A stretch of 64,000 bases of DNA from Dehalococcoidia bacterium (GCA_040882355.1 JBBEBM010000060.1:1-64000); one strand, 5' to 3'. Shown: positions 18,078 through 28,869, numbered from the stretch's first letter. Made by a program: numbers and translations. Notes: generated by a model from the letters alone, not told the origin.

Positions 18078-19319
18078 ATGAGAATTCTGCACAACCCGAC
18101 CTTTCGCAACCTCTGGGCGGCGAACACCATCTCCAGCTTCGGCACGCTGTTCGGCGCCCTGTCACTGACTGCCCTTATCTATCTGGACGCATCGCCGGCG
18201 GAGATGGGGGTGCTCGCGGCGGCTACGAGCATGCCGGTCCTCCTCTTCGCCCTGGTCGCGGGCGTCTGGGTGGACCGCTTGCCGCGCGTTCCGGTAATGG
18301 TCGCGGCCGATCTCGGCAGGTTCGCGGCACTGATGACGGTACCCGTCGCTGCGGCCGCCGGGCACCTGCGGATCGAGCAGATCTATGCCGTCTCGTTCGT
18401 TGCCGGTTGCCTGAACGTCATGTTCAACCTGGCGTTCCGCTCAGTGCTGCCCGTCCTGGTGCCGCGTGACCGTGTCGTGGACGCTAACAGCACGCTCGGC
18501 ATGAGCGAATCGGTGGCTGCCAGCGCCAGCCCGGCGATCGGAGGTGGCATCGCGCAGGGCGTGGGCGGACCGGTCGCGGTCCTGATCGACGCCACCACGT
18601 TTCTCATATCGGGACTGCTCGTCAGCAGAATCGGGAGCCCGGCTGGCGGTGAGCGACCGAAGCGGCGTTCCGCGCTTGCTGAGGCGTTCGAGGGATTGAG
18701 GGCGGTCGTTCATCAGCCGGTCCTGCGCGCGGTCTTCGGAATGGTCGCGACGTACAGCTTCTTCGGAGGCTTCATCGTCACGCTCTACGGCTTGTGGGTG
18801 ATCGACGGACTGGGCTTCTCCGCGTTCACGCTTGGCGTTCTGCTCGCTTCGGGTGGCATCGGAGCCGTCGTTGGCGCATGGCTCGCCGGGCCGACAGCGC
18901 GCAGCCTCGGCCTCGGCCGCAGTATCGTTGCGACGTACATCGTGGCAGCCGCACTCCTGTTCCTCACGCCGCTCGCCGGGGGACCGGTGTGGCTCGCGTT
19001 CATGATGCTGCTCACGGAGCAGTGCGTGGGCGACGCGTTCTGGACGATCCACAACATCCACGCGATGAGCATGCGGCAGTCGATCACGCCTGACGAGCGG
19101 TTGGGCCGAGTGAACGCGTTCTTCCTTCTCGCCAGCCAGGGTCTGCGGCCGATCGGAGCGCTCATCGCCGGGGTGGCCGCTGGATTCGTCGGAGTGAAGG
19201 CCGGACTCCTCATCTCCGCCGTCGGGATCAACCTGGCGGGACTCTGGCTGATCTTGTCGCCGCTACCGTGGCTCACGGATGCTTCTTGGACTCCGCCGCG
19301 AAGCCAGGCTGAGAAGTGA
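18078..19319 (+). CDS. MFS transporter (DHA3/MFS_3-like)
   Basis: FRNLWAANTISSFG and GVWVDRLPR motifs; about 12 TM segments. Confidence 0.9.
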   Translation: MRILHNPTFRNLWAANTISSFGTLFGALSLTALIYLDASPAEMGVLAAATSMPVLLFALVAGVWVDRLPRVPVMVAADLGRFAALMTVPVAAAAGHLRIEQIYAVSFVAGCLNVMFNLAFRSVLPVLVPRDRVVDANSTLGMSESVAASASPAIGGGIAQGVGGPVAVLIDATTFLISGLLVSRIGSPAGGERPKRRSALAEAFEGLRAVVHQPVLRAVFGMVATYSFFGGFIVTLYGLWVIDGLGFSAFTLGVLLASGGIGAVVGAWLAGPTARSLGLGRSIVATYIVAAALLFLTPLAGGPVWLAFMMLLTEQCVGDAFWTIHNIHAMSMRQSITPDERLGRVNAFFLLASQGLRPIGALIAGVAAGFVGVKAGLLISAVGINLAGLWLILSPLPWLTDASWTPPRSQAEK

Positions 19320-19342
19320 TGGCTGAGGGAGATGTGGCGGGA

Positions 19343-20722
19343 TCAGTCCACGGGCAGGTGTTCGCCCATCGCATCGAGGTCGTCAGGGCCCATGATCGAG
19401 TCATACAAGGGGCTGCGAGGGTCGGTGCTCCCTGGGAGACCGTAGTACAGCAGGCCAACATACTTGGTGAGGAGCTTTCGCGAGCGCGAAAAAAGCAGGT
19501 CGTTGTCCGCAGGCTGGCTGTACGTTTCAGGATTCATGCGGAGGATAGAGACGATCGCCTTCGGATCGGCGTAGGTGCCCTTTGTTCCGAAGACGTACCG
19601 GAAGTGGTTGTTCGAGTTGTATAGGTCTAGCGGTGTCAGCCCGATCAGGACGGCCTGCGGATCGGCGTATGCATCGGGGAAGGAGCTTCCCATGTAGTCG
19701 ATCAATCTGGCTGCATCGACTTGATCGCGCAGCGGGTCTGCGATGTCCGCGGGCACGGCGAGCGGCGTCAAGACGCTGACAGCGAGGCCGTACTGTTCTT
19801 GATAGTAGGCCACCAGGTACTTCACGAGTTCCGGCGGCACCTGGCCAAGGGGTACAAGGCAGGCGCGGCGGCCGCTCCCGTCGCAAGCGGGTTGCGCACT
19901 CGCCGAAAGGGCGGCCTGCGCGGGCAAGCACCCTTCGAGTCGGGAGCCGGTGCACGGAGCGTCGGGCAGTTGCACGTCACGGAACGGTCGCGCGTCGGCC
20001 GGGCGGTCCAGCGGCGCGATGGTGGCGCCATCCAGTACGAACTCCACTGCGAAGGTGACCGCGTCGCGGCCGCTGCCCTGTGCGATCTCCACTCTGTAGG
20101 GGAGATTGTCGTCCGGCCGAAGCCACAGCTCCGCATGGGCGCTGCCATCCACTGCACTGCCTGCCAGAGAGGTGAGGTCGCTGAGGTCGATCGTCGCGCT
20201 GTAGCGCGCGTACGGCTCGTCGTGTACGGTTTCATTGGCCTGCTGCTCGACCTCGTCCAGCGCTAGGGTGAACGCGTCGTAGTCCAACACCGGATCGTCC
20301 AGGAGGAAGTCCTGTTGCTCGTCCGGCGGGATGCCCTGATACCACGGACTCATCACCACCCAAGCCCCGTCGGTTTGCTGAAGGTAGAGGTCGGGAGGGA
20401 TGAACCGCATCTCCTGTACGCCGTCATCGACCGCGGCGTCCGGGTCGAATTGGATCCTGTTGAAGACCAGCTCGTTGGCCTGGTAACCACCGGCGCCTGT
20501 TACGGCCCCGCCGAGACTCGCCCCGGTGATCTCGAAGGTGGCAAGGACCGCATCGACCTGAGCGAAGGCCTCGCGTGACAAGGCCATCACCTCGCCTGCG
20601 GTGAGGCTCTCTCCTGCCGGCGCCTCATCCGCCCGAGACTCACCTTTGACGCATGCGGCGCCCGCCAGCAACGCTAGGACGGTCATCGACAGCAGGACGT
20701 AGGAGAGAGATGGACGAGTCAT
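19343..20722 (-). CDS. Lipoprotein with LppX/LolA-like N-domain and archaemetzincin-like C-domain lacking HEXXH
   Basis: Lipobox LAGAAC; RDQVDAARLI, LIGLTPLDLY and YVFG motifs; KLLTKYVG at the zinc-motif position; start uncertain. Confidence 0.55.
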   Translation of the reverse strand: MTRPSLSYVLLSMTVLALLAGAACVKGESRADEAPAGESLTAGEVMALSREAFAQVDAVLATFEITGASLGGAVTGAGGYQANELVFNRIQFDPDAAVDDGVQEMRFIPPDLYLQQTDGAWVVMSPWYQGIPPDEQQDFLLDDPVLDYDAFTLALDEVEQQANETVHDEPYARYSATIDLSDLTSLAGSAVDGSAHAELWLRPDDNLPYRVEIAQGSGRDAVTFAVEFVLDGATIAPLDRPADARPFRDVQLPDAPCTGSRLEGCLPAQAALSASAQPACDGSGRRACLVPLGQVPPELVKYLVAYYQEQYGLAVSVLTPLAVPADIADPLRDQVDAARLIDYMGSSFPDAYADPQAVLIGLTPLDLYNSNNHFRYVFGTKGTYADPKAIVSILRMNPETYSQPADNDLLFSRSRKLLTKYVGLLYYGLPGSTDPRSPLYDSIMGPDDLDAMGEHLPVD

Positions 20723-20830
20723 CACTGGGGTCCGGCGAATCGGAGGTCCAATCCGCCCCTCCACCGTAGTTATCGTCAATCTCGTGACGAATCGGCAGCC
20801 CTCGCTACCGGCAAACGGGCGTACGAGCGC

Positions 20831-22159
20831 CTAGCCCCGCAGCCGCGCCGCCACGTCCGCCGCCGCCCGCAGGCCGGAGGTGAGGGCGGCCTCTGTGTAC
20901 GGCCCGGCGAGGTAGTCGCCGGCGAAGAAGAGGCGCTCGCTGCGGTGGCGGCGCGCCTTGAACGACGCCAGCGCCCGGATGTAGCCGGGGTAGAACTGCG
21001 GAACCAGCTCCGGCCAGCGGTGCACGGCGTAGCCCTCCGTCTTGTCGAGTCCAAGCAGCGGCAGCTTCGCCAGCTCGCCGCGGAGCGCCTCGATCACGTC
21101 GCCGTCCGGGCGGTCGAGCAGCTCGGCGGCGTACTCCTCGCTGAAGGCGCAGTTGAACATCGTCTTGCCGGGCGGGACGGCGCCCTCCTTGGGGTTCTCC
21201 AGCGCCATGCCGTAGAGGCGCACGCCCTCGCGCCGGCCGATGCCCACGCCGTAGACGCCCGGGTCCGCCTCCTGTGTCGACGTCATCACGAAGACGATGA
21301 TGCTCGACGCGTAGCGCACGCCCTCGAAGAAGCGGCGCTCCTCGTCCGTTAGGTCGGGGCAGAGGCGCGCGACGTGGTTGCCCGGCGTCGCGACGACCGC
21401 CGCATCCGCGCTGAGCGACTCGCCGGTCGCGAGCCGGACCGTCACGCCTTCCGGCGACTGCGTCACACGCGCGACCTCGGCGTCCGTACGCACGTTCAGC
21501 TTCGACGCGAGCGTCTGCGTGAGCAGCCCATTACCGCCGACGAAGGCGTGGAGCCGGAAGCCGGACGTGAACATGTAGTTGATCGTCGCGAGGACGAAGG
21601 CGCGCGAGAGGTTCTCCGGCAGCACGGTGAACGTCGAGGCGAAGGGCGGCTCGATGATGTAGTCGAGCACCTCGCGACCGAAGCGCGACAGCGCCCAGTC
21701 GCGCGCCGACTGGTCGTCGAGCGGCGCGGCCCGCTCGATCTCGTAGAAGTCGAGCAGCGCCCGGTGGCGGCGCAGCTCCAGCAGCAGACGCGGCAGGCGC
21801 AGCTTGCTGCCGAGGGTAAGGTCGCGGGCCGACCAGATCGCCTTCAGCCCGGCGTAGCTCGACGTGACGAACCGACCGTTGCGCAGCGTCGCGCCTCGCC
21901 CGGTGGCCAGGCGGCGCACCTGCGGGCGCAGCCCCAGCGCGTCGACCAGCGCGCGCATGTTCCGGTAACTGCCGGCGACGAACTGCGCCCCGCGGTCGAC
22001 GACGAAATCGCCGTGGCGCTCCGTGCGCATCCGGCCGCCCGCCGTCGAATCGCGCTCGAGCACGAGGAGCTCGATGGCCTGCTTCTGCAGCGTGTACGCG
22101 GCTGTGAGGCCGGCGATCCCTCCGCCAACGACGATGACGCGCGGGCGCGTTGGCTCCAT
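20831..22159 (-). CDS. FAD-dependent oxidoreductase (protoporphyrinogen/amine oxidase family)
   Basis: GGGIAGLTAA, GGRMRT, DRGAQF and FFAGDY..EAALTSG motifs. Confidence 0.85.
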   Translation of the reverse strand: MEPTRPRVIVVGGGIAGLTAAYTLQKQAIELLVLERDSTAGGRMRTERHGDFVVDRGAQFVAGSYRNMRALVDALGLRPQVRRLATGRGATLRNGRFVTSSYAGLKAIWSARDLTLGSKLRLPRLLLELRRHRALLDFYEIERAAPLDDQSARDWALSRFGREVLDYIIEPPFASTFTVLPENLSRAFVLATINYMFTSGFRLHAFVGGNGLLTQTLASKLNVRTDAEVARVTQSPEGVTVRLATGESLSADAAVVATPGNHVARLCPDLTDEERRFFEGVRYASSIIVFVMTSTQEADPGVYGVGIGRREGVRLYGMALENPKEGAVPPGKTMFNCAFSEEYAAELLDRPDGDVIEALRGELAKLPLLGLDKTEGYAVHRWPELVPQFYPGYIRALASFKARRHRSERLFFAGDYLAGPYTEAALTSGLRAAADVAARLRG

Positions 22160-22217
22160 CAGGTCGTGAGCATACCGAATGGCTCGCAGCGGCGACCAGT
22201 GCGCCGCGCCACGCCGA

Positions 22218-23591
22218 TCACGTCATCCGAGGGGTGCGTCGCAGAAGCTCCTCCCAGCCGCTGCGCAGGTTCTCGACCTCCTCGCGTGGGCGCTGCAGCC
22301 GCCCGTAGCGCGCTTCCGAGTAGGCATGACTGATCGCCTCGACCACGGGCGAGCCCCAGTGCGCCCTCAGCTCCGCCGCAAACTCGAGCGCTGTCGCGGA
22401 CTGCGGCCGCGCCAGGCCCTGTACCGCTGACTGACGCAGGACGCTCACGTAGAGCCTGCCGATGGCATCGCGAGGCCCCTGTCCTGAGCGTCCGGGCAGG
22501 CGCCCCAGTGCGCCGGCAAGGAGGGCCCGCAGGTTGCTCAGCGGCTGGTTCGGCACGGGCTCAACGCTCTCTCGCACGTCCGGCTCGTCGACGCCATGGC
22601 GCCTTCGCCGTCGCATGGCGGACCAGAACAGCGCCAGCGCGAACGCGATCAGCAGCGCGACGAGGCCCGAGCGGACGACATAGCCGAGGACCTGCGCCCA
22701 GGCTGGCGGGTTCGATTCATCGGGTTCGACCCGGTCGAACGGGCCGGTAACCGGCGGCTCCGGCAATTCGTTCCGGCTCGGTAGCCAGCCGACGAGGTGT
22801 TGTACCGTCCACGCAATGGCCAGGATGAACGGCGCGAACACCAGGGCCACTGCCGCCGCGACGGCGCCCGCAACGAACTCCAGCGCCCGGCCAGCGCCAT
22901 CAAGCGTAGGTGGCTCAACCAGCGATGCGAGGAGAGAGAGGCCCGCGATCGCCGCCAACGCGCCGGCGGTCCACATCGCGTAGAAGGGCAAGAAGGGTTC
23001 GGAAGCACCGGTCCCCGTCGAACGCAGGTTGGCCAGGGCGAGCGCCAAGAACACGGCGAACATGTACGGCGCGGGCAGCCAGCGCAGCCCATCCGGGGCG
23101 CTGGTCGACCCGGCGAGCGCGGCGACCACCACCACCACGCCGAGTCCGATGCCCGCCTCGGCCATCAGCTCATCAGGCGTCGATTCGCGCAGGCCGCGCC
23201 GGAACCCCCACGCCCAGACGGCCCCGAGCAACGCGACCTCAGTCAGGTCGCCGGCGTGCCCCCCAAGGGCCTCCGTTGGGTCGAGCAGCAGATCGAGTAG
23301 CGGAGGCAAGCCCCAGAAGTGCGCCACGCCGGCGATTTCGATCTGCAGGATGAGAGCGAGCAACACGAGCGACCCGACGATCGCCCACGGCCGCGTGGCA
23401 TCGTCGCTGGCTGTGGTCCGCCCCAGGAGGCGGCCGACGGTGTACGAGAGCGCGACCACCGCCGCCGGCGCAGCGAACGAAACCGACTCGCCGTCAGCGA
23501 CGATGGCGACGGCAAACGCGACGCCGCCGTACGCGCACAGCGCTGCGGCTGCCAGGAACGCGAGCGACGCGCCGGCGCTGCGCGCGTTCAT
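22218..23591 (-). CDS. Multi-TM membrane protein with C-terminal DUF4129
   Basis: Many TM helices; RPQSATALEF..YSEARYG; third gene of a MoxR operon. Confidence 0.7.
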   Translation of the reverse strand: MNARSAGASLAFLAAAALCAYGGVAFAVAIVADGESVSFAAPAAVVALSYTVGRLLGRTTASDDATRPWAIVGSLVLLALILQIEIAGVAHFWGLPPLLDLLLDPTEALGGHAGDLTEVALLGAVWAWGFRRGLRESTPDELMAEAGIGLGVVVVVAALAGSTSAPDGLRWLPAPYMFAVFLALALANLRSTGTGASEPFLPFYAMWTAGALAAIAGLSLLASLVEPPTLDGAGRALEFVAGAVAAAVALVFAPFILAIAWTVQHLVGWLPSRNELPEPPVTGPFDRVEPDESNPPAWAQVLGYVVRSGLVALLIAFALALFWSAMRRRRRHGVDEPDVRESVEPVPNQPLSNLRALLAGALGRLPGRSGQGPRDAIGRLYVSVLRQSAVQGLARPQSATALEFAAELRAHWGSPVVEAISHAYSEARYGRLQRPREEVENLRSGWEELLRRTPRMT

Positions 23592-24805
23592 GACAAGGAG
23601 CCGCGTGGCTCGGTCGCCGCATCGAGCGTGAGGCGCCGGACCGCGATTTCGCCCAGCAATTCTGACCAGTCCTCGTCGACGGCCTGGAGGACGACAACCT
23701 GCTGGCCGGCATCGTGACGCCTGCGGAGCGCGGTCGCCAGGGCCTCGGGCATCTGGGCCGTCACCACCGCCAGTGTGGCGCCCTGCGGCAGTCGCTCGCC
23801 CGCGCGCTCCAGCAGCTCGGCGAGCGAGACCATCGTCATCGGCTCGATGCCGCCCAGCGATTCCAGGATGTGGAGGAGCTGGGCGGGCGCGCGCCCCGGC
23901 GCGACGCTCATCGGCAGCAACGACTCCCGCAGGCTGCCGTTGGCCAGCAAGCCGACCGCGTACCCCGACTCGAACGCCCAACGCGCGATCGAGGCCGCGA
24001 CAACGATGTTTGCCTCAAGCCGCTCCGGCACGTAACCCTCCCACGAATGTTCCATCGTATCGACGTTGAGGGCGACCAGGAGATGCTGTGTCGTAGAGGG
24101 TTCGTACACCCGCGACTGGAGCTGGCCGGAGCGGGCTGTCGCCTTCCAGTCGATGCGCCGGAGCGCGTCGCCCGGCTGGTAGGCCCGCACGCCGGCGACG
24201 CGGACCGGGTCTTCGAAGATGCGCTCGCGTCCCTTTCGCTCGCCGAGCGGGCGCGCGCTGGGCAGCCCCAGGTCTGGCATCGAGAGGGTGCGAGGGTACA
24301 CCACGACGCTGGCGGTCCCCTGGTCAGCTCGTTCGGTGATGAAGAGGCCGAAGCCGTCGCCGGAGCGCAGACGGGCCGGGCCCAGCCTGTAGTAGCCACG
24401 CGTTTCGCACGGCAGCTCCAGCGACCAGGTGATCCGCTCGTTCCACCCAAGGTGGGCCGCGCGCGTGTAGGCGTTCGTGCGAGTCGCGCTGGATGGCGGC
24501 AGCTCCAGGTCCGGCGGTGTCAGCGCTTCCGGGATCTGGTCGCGCATCTCGATCCGTGGCAGCGGGATGAGCTTGTGGTTCGTCAGGCGGTACGTCAGCC
24601 GGACGTGCTCGCCGGGAAAGGCTCGCGATTCCGGCAGCAGCCGCTCAAGCGAGACCCGGTCCAGCGCCCGGTCCGCCCATGCGCGCGCGAGCCCTCCTGC
24701 CAGCAGGACGAACACACCCAGGCCGACCAACGGGCCGGACCGTGCTAGCACGCCAACAACGACCAGGGCGATCCCCAGAGGCAACCAGGATCCACGCAGA
24801 AGCAT
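23588..24805 (-). CDS. DUF58 domain protein
   Basis: VRAYQPGDALRRIDWKATAR. Confidence 0.9.
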   Translation of the reverse strand: MLLRGSWLPLGIALVVVGVLARSGPLVGLGVFVLLAGGLARAWADRALDRVSLERLLPESRAFPGEHVRLTYRLTNHKLIPLPRIEMRDQIPEALTPPDLELPPSSATRTNAYTRAAHLGWNERITWSLELPCETRGYYRLGPARLRSGDGFGLFITERADQGTASVVVYPRTLSMPDLGLPSARPLGERKGRERIFEDPVRVAGVRAYQPGDALRRIDWKATARSGQLQSRVYEPSTTQHLLVALNVDTMEHSWEGYVPERLEANIVVAASIARWAFESGYAVGLLANGSLRESLLPMSVAPGRAPAQLLHILESLGGIEPMTMVSLAELLERAGERLPQGATLAVVTAQMPEALATALRRRHDAGQQVVVLQAVDEDWSELLGEIAVRRLTLDAATEPRGSLS

Positions 24806-24807
24806 TG

Positions 24808-25785
24808 CTACCCCTCAACCGGCGCAGGCACGTCAGCCAGCACCTCTTCGAGGACGTCGCCGACATTGCGGCCTCGCAGGCGGCTCTGCGAGCTGAGGAT
24901 GAGTCGATGAGGCAGCACGGAGGGAGCGAGGAACTTGACATCGTCCGGCAAGACGTAGTCGCGGTCCTGCATCGCCGCTAGTGCCCGCGACGCGCGGAAT
25001 AGGAGCAGGCTGGCGCGAGGGCTCGCGCCCAGGTCGAGCGCGGCGTGCTTCCGAGTCGCCCGGACGATATCGAGCAGGTATCGTCGCACCGAGGGCTCGC
25101 AGCGCACCTTCGGAACCATGGCGCGCGCCCGGAGCAGCTCGTCCGCCGACACCACAGGCGTCAATGCCTCGAGCGGACTCGCCGCTTCGAAGCGCAGGAG
25201 CATCTCCCCTTCTTCCGCTTCGGACGGGTAACCGATGGCGACTCGCATCAGGAACCGGTCGAGCTGAGCTTCCGGCAGCGGGAAGGTACCTTCCAGCTCG
25301 ATCGGGTTCTGGGTGGCCAGCACCAGGAACGGTGCAGGCAGCGGCATCGTGACGCCATCCATCGTGACCTGGCGCTCCTCCATCGCTTCAAGCAGCGCGC
25401 TCTGCGTGCGTGGCGTAGCTCGATTGATCTCGTCGGCGAGCACGACGTTGGCCATGATTGGACCCGGTCGAAACTCGAACTCACCGGACGCCTGGTTGTA
25501 GTAGTGGATACCTGTCACGTCGGACGGCATCAGGTCCGGCGTAAACTGGATGCGCTTGAAGGAGCAGCCGATGCTGCGAGCGATCGCCTTCGCCAACGAT
25601 GTTTTCCCGACACCCGGCACGTCTTCGATGAGCACGTGTCCGTCCGCCAGGAGCGCCACGAGAGCCAGCTCGACGCTGTCGCCCCGTCCCACGATCACCC
25701 GGCCGATGTTCTCGCGAAGGCGGTCCGCCAGCTCCTTGATGCCGCCTATCGAGGGGCCGGTGTCGTCTCGCAGATCGTCTCCCAC
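24808..25785 (-). CDS. MoxR family AAA+ ATPase
   Basis: [23 protein letters not shown] and LPEAQLDRF motifs. Confidence 0.95.
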   Translation of the reverse strand: MGDDLRDDTGPSIGGIKELADRLRENIGRVIVGRGDSVELALVALLADGHVLIEDVPGVGKTSLAKAIARSIGCSFKRIQFTPDLMPSDVTGIHYYNQASGEFEFRPGPIMANVVLADEINRATPRTQSALLEAMEERQVTMDGVTMPLPAPFLVLATQNPIELEGTFPLPEAQLDRFLMRVAIGYPSEAEEGEMLLRFEAASPLEALTPVVSADELLRARAMVPKVRCEPSVRRYLLDIVRATRKHAALDLGASPRASLLLFRASRALAAMQDRDYVLPDDVKFLAPSVLPHRLILSSQSRLRGRNVGDVLEEVLADVPAPVEG

Positions 25786-25956
25786 GGTTCTGACAGCTTA
25801 GCACGCGTGCAGACGTGGCCGCGTGAGGAGACGGTTGTCGGTTGAGTTGGTGGAGCGGGAGTGCCCAGACCGCCAGGCGGAACCGGCAAGCCCGCCACGC
25901 GACGGTCGTTACGACGGCGGGAGCCGCCGCCGGCCTCCTCGCGACCAGGGCGGGCG

Positions 25957-26496
25957 CTAGTTCTCCGGGATGCTCTCTTCGGGTTCGATCTGGATGCCGC
26001 TCTCGAAGTTGTTGGTGGCGGACTCGAACTCCTCGGGCAGGACCTGGACGAGGACGGCGCCGTCGTCCACCATCAGCGCGCCGATGAAGGAGTCGTGGAT
26101 AGCGCCACCCATGCCCCACCTGGGGTAGGTGACGAAGACGATGAGGAAGACCTGGATGATGACCAGCGCCTTCAGGAAGCCGAAGCCGGCGCCCAGGAGC
26201 TGGTCGAAGACGCCGAGCTGCACCATGGCGGTGGTCGGCTTGAGGAACAGCGCCAGCATCTGACCGGCGAGCGCCACCGCGGCGAACAGGATGCCAAACG
26301 CGATGATGCGCGACGCGGCCTCGTTGTTGATGAAGAGCAGTACATCGTCCGCGAGCTGTTCGTAGAACAGGCCCGCGACCACGACGCCGATCAGGGCGGA
26401 GATCAGCGTCACCGTCTCGCGGATGAACCCCACCTGGAACGCGCTGATGGTGAGGAACAAGACGAATGCGATGATCACACCGTCCAGCCAGTTCAT
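25957..26496 (-). CDS. cvpA: CvpA family protein
   Basis: MNWLDGVII..GFIRE..FDQLLGAGFGFLK. Confidence 0.8.
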   Translation of the reverse strand: MNWLDGVIIAFVLFLTISAFQVGFIRETVTLISALIGVVVAGLFYEQLADDVLLFINNEAASRIIAFGILFAAVALAGQMLALFLKPTTAMVQLGVFDQLLGAGFGFLKALVIIQVFLIVFVTYPRWGMGGAIHDSFIGALMVDDGAVLVQVLPEEFESATNNFESGIQIEPEESIPEN

Positions 26497-26674
26497 AGCG
26501 GCCCCCTTTCGGATGGGGCCACAAGCTGACGGCGCGCTCGCTTGAGCGGTCGATCTACTTCCAGGCGTGATGTGCGGTGGGGCACGCCTAAGGGCTCCTT
26601 TCCACAGGGCGGTGGCTAGACCGCGTTCTCTCCATTACTAGTATCGACCGTTTGGCGTAGTCTAGCATGCCCCG

Positions 26675-27313
26675 TCAAGCGCGACTATCCACATTCTCCC
26701 TACGAAACAACTCGACATAAAGGGAGATCACCGGCGCCAGAAAGAGCAGCGCCAGCAGGTAGCCGCCGAATACGTCGCTCGGCCAGTGGACGCCGATGTA
26801 GACTCGCGCCGGGCCGGCCGCCGCGATGACGAGCAGGCAGACGGCCCGCAGCGCCCAGCGGCCGAGAGGCCACGGGACCAGCGCCGGCGCCAGGAAGAAC
26901 AGGAGGCCGAAGAGTACGGAGAGCGCCACGGTGTGGCCGCTGGGGAAGCTGCCTGCGTCGATCTGCTTCGTCACGTCGATCAGGTCCGGCGATGGGCGCG
27001 GCCTGCCGATCAGCTCCTGGAGGGCGCTGTTCAGCCACCTGGCGACGAAGGTGAGCAGCACCAGGCCCGCCGCCAGCGGCGCCCTTCGCAACAGGAAGGC
27101 GCCGGCGAGCATGACGATCAGCGCCGCCAACGGCCACGTGCCGCCCAGCCAGTTGATCGTGTCGACGAAGCCACCGAAGGCGGGCACGTCGATGTCCTGG
27201 ACGGCGCGGGCGCTCCGCTCGTCGCCGGGGAAGCGGTCGAAGATAGCGGCGGCTGCCGCCAGCAGTGCGAACAGGAGCGCTCCGGCGATCCAGATCTGGA
27301 CACCGATGCGCAC
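26675..27313 (-). CDS. PAP2 family phosphatase
   Basis: RPRP, SFPSGH and RVYIGVHWPSDV motifs; start uncertain. Confidence 0.85.
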   Translation of the reverse strand: MRIGVQIWIAGALLFALLAAAAAIFDRFPGDERSARAVQDIDVPAFGGFVDTINWLGGTWPLAALIVMLAGAFLLRRAPLAAGLVLLTFVARWLNSALQELIGRPRPSPDLIDVTKQIDAGSFPSGHTVALSVLFGLLFFLAPALVPWPLGRWALRAVCLLVIAAAGPARVYIGVHWPSDVFGGYLLALLFLAPVISLYVELFRRENVDSRA

Positions 27314-27397
27314 GCGTCGATCCCGAGATATTGGGCGAGACACTACGCAGTATATCGTCTGTCTCGGAGGAGCGGATGGCAGTAGACTCGGGACGAG

Positions 27398-28225
27398 ATG
27401 GAGGAACTCTTCCGCATCATCGTCCTGGGCATCGTCCAGGGCCTGACCGAGTTCCTCCCCATCTCCTCCTCCGGCCACCTGATCCTCGTCCGCGAGCTCT
27501 TCGGCTGGGAGTTCAGCAACGACCTCACGTTCGATCTCGCCCTTCACCTGGGAACAACCGTCGCGGTGCTTGCGTTCTTCTGGCGCGAGTGGCTGCTCAT
27601 GCTCGGAAGCTCGTTAAGCTGGGCGACAAGCGGCGGGCGCGAGCACGGAAGCGATCCTGTGTTCAACCATGGACTGCTCCTGCTGCTGGTGATCGGCTCG
27701 GTGCCCGCGGCGCTCGTCGGTTTCCTCTTCGGAGACTACATCGAGGAGCATATCCGCTCGCCGGTCGTGGTGGGGGTGATGCTGATGGTCTTCGGAGGCG
27801 TCCTCTTCCTGGCCGAGCGCCTCGGCAGGGGGCGGCGTGACCTCGCGAGCAGTACCTGGCGCGACGCGGTCTGGATCGGCTGCGCGCAGGCCGTGTCGCT
27901 GATACCGGGCGTCTCTCGCTCCGGCGTCACGATCTCGGCGGCGCTGGCCCGCGATTACACTCGCTACGATGCGGCCCGCTTCTCGTTCTTCCTCGCGACG
28001 CCGGTGATCGTCGGCGCGGGCGGCCTGAAGATGCTCGAAGCGCTGAACGAGGGCATCTCGCGAAACGACCTGGGGCTGATGCTCGTGGGGGCTGTTGTGG
28101 CCGCCGTGACTGGCTGGCTGGTGATTGGTTTCCTGCTACGTTACGTCCAGGCGCGGAGCTATCTGCCGTTCGTCATCTACCGGCTCGTGGTGGGCGTCTT
28201 CGTGATCGTCTACTTCGCGCGCTAG
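27398..28225 (+). CDS. uppP: Undecaprenyl-diphosphatase
   Basis: QGLTEFLPISSSGHL and PGVSRSG motifs. Confidence 0.95.
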   Translation: MEELFRIIVLGIVQGLTEFLPISSSGHLILVRELFGWEFSNDLTFDLALHLGTTVAVLAFFWREWLLMLGSSLSWATSGGREHGSDPVFNHGLLLLLVIGSVPAALVGFLFGDYIEEHIRSPVVVGVMLMVFGGVLFLAERLGRGRRDLASSTWRDAVWIGCAQAVSLIPGVSRSGVTISAALARDYTRYDAARFSFFLATPVIVGAGGLKMLEALNEGISRNDLGLMLVGAVVAAVTGWLVIGFLLRYVQARSYLPFVIYRLVVGVFVIVYFAR

Positions 28226-28767
28226 GCCGACCCGTCGCTGAGCAGAGCGTGGCCGTCCGCGGCGAGTGCCATTACCCGGTCGGCGACGAGCTCGGGCGCG
28301 AGAACGTCAGGGTCGACCTTCGCGACGCCGCCCCACGACGCGAGCCGTTCGTACAGCGCGTCGAGGCGGCCGCCGCGATGCCATTCGGTCGGGCGCTCCC
28401 GCTCACGTTCTAGCACGACGCCGAGCGGCGGTAGCAGGACGACGAGGTGCACGGCGTGGCCGCAGCCGGCGAGCGCGGCGCGATAGAGGGGCAGGTCTTC
28501 CGGCGTCACTACATCGTCGATGATCACGCCGTAGCCCGCGTCCAGGAACCGGCGGGCGGTGTCGCACACGGACGCGATCAGCAGCGCGCGTTGCGCGCGC
28601 CCAGCAGGCGATTCATCCCACGGCCGCAGGCGTCCCATCCGGATCGAGTCACGCAGCGCGCGCACCTCGATGTGCAGCATGCGGTCGTAGCGCTGGCAGA
28701 GCGCCTCGGCCGTCGCGGACTTGCCGGCGTTGGGCGGGCCGGAGAGGATGACGAGCTGGTTGGGCAT
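28222..28767 (-). CDS. P-loop nucleotide kinase-like (AAA_33) protein
   Basis: SGPPNAGKS; GYGVIIDDV. Confidence 0.75.
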   Translation of the reverse strand: MPNQLVILSGPPNAGKSATAEALCQRYDRMLHIEVRALRDSIRMGRLRPWDESPAGRAQRALLIASVCDTARRFLDAGYGVIIDDVVTPEDLPLYRAALAGCGHAVHLVVLLPPLGVVLERERERPTEWHRGGRLDALYERLASWGGVAKVDPDVLAPELVADRVMALAADGHALLSDGSA

Positions 28768-28869
28768 GAGACGGTGCTCCCGAAGGCTATTCTACTGGGT
28801 CTCGAAGCTCGATGTTCGAGCCTCGAACATCGAGCTCAGCACCCGCTCCTCCCCGGCAGCGTCCTCGTC

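Noticed and set aside
26500..26520. Hairpin sequestering the cvpA SD as a riboswitch or thermometer
   Set aside because: A 6-bp GC stem is easily produced by chance at this GC content; no aptamer recognised.
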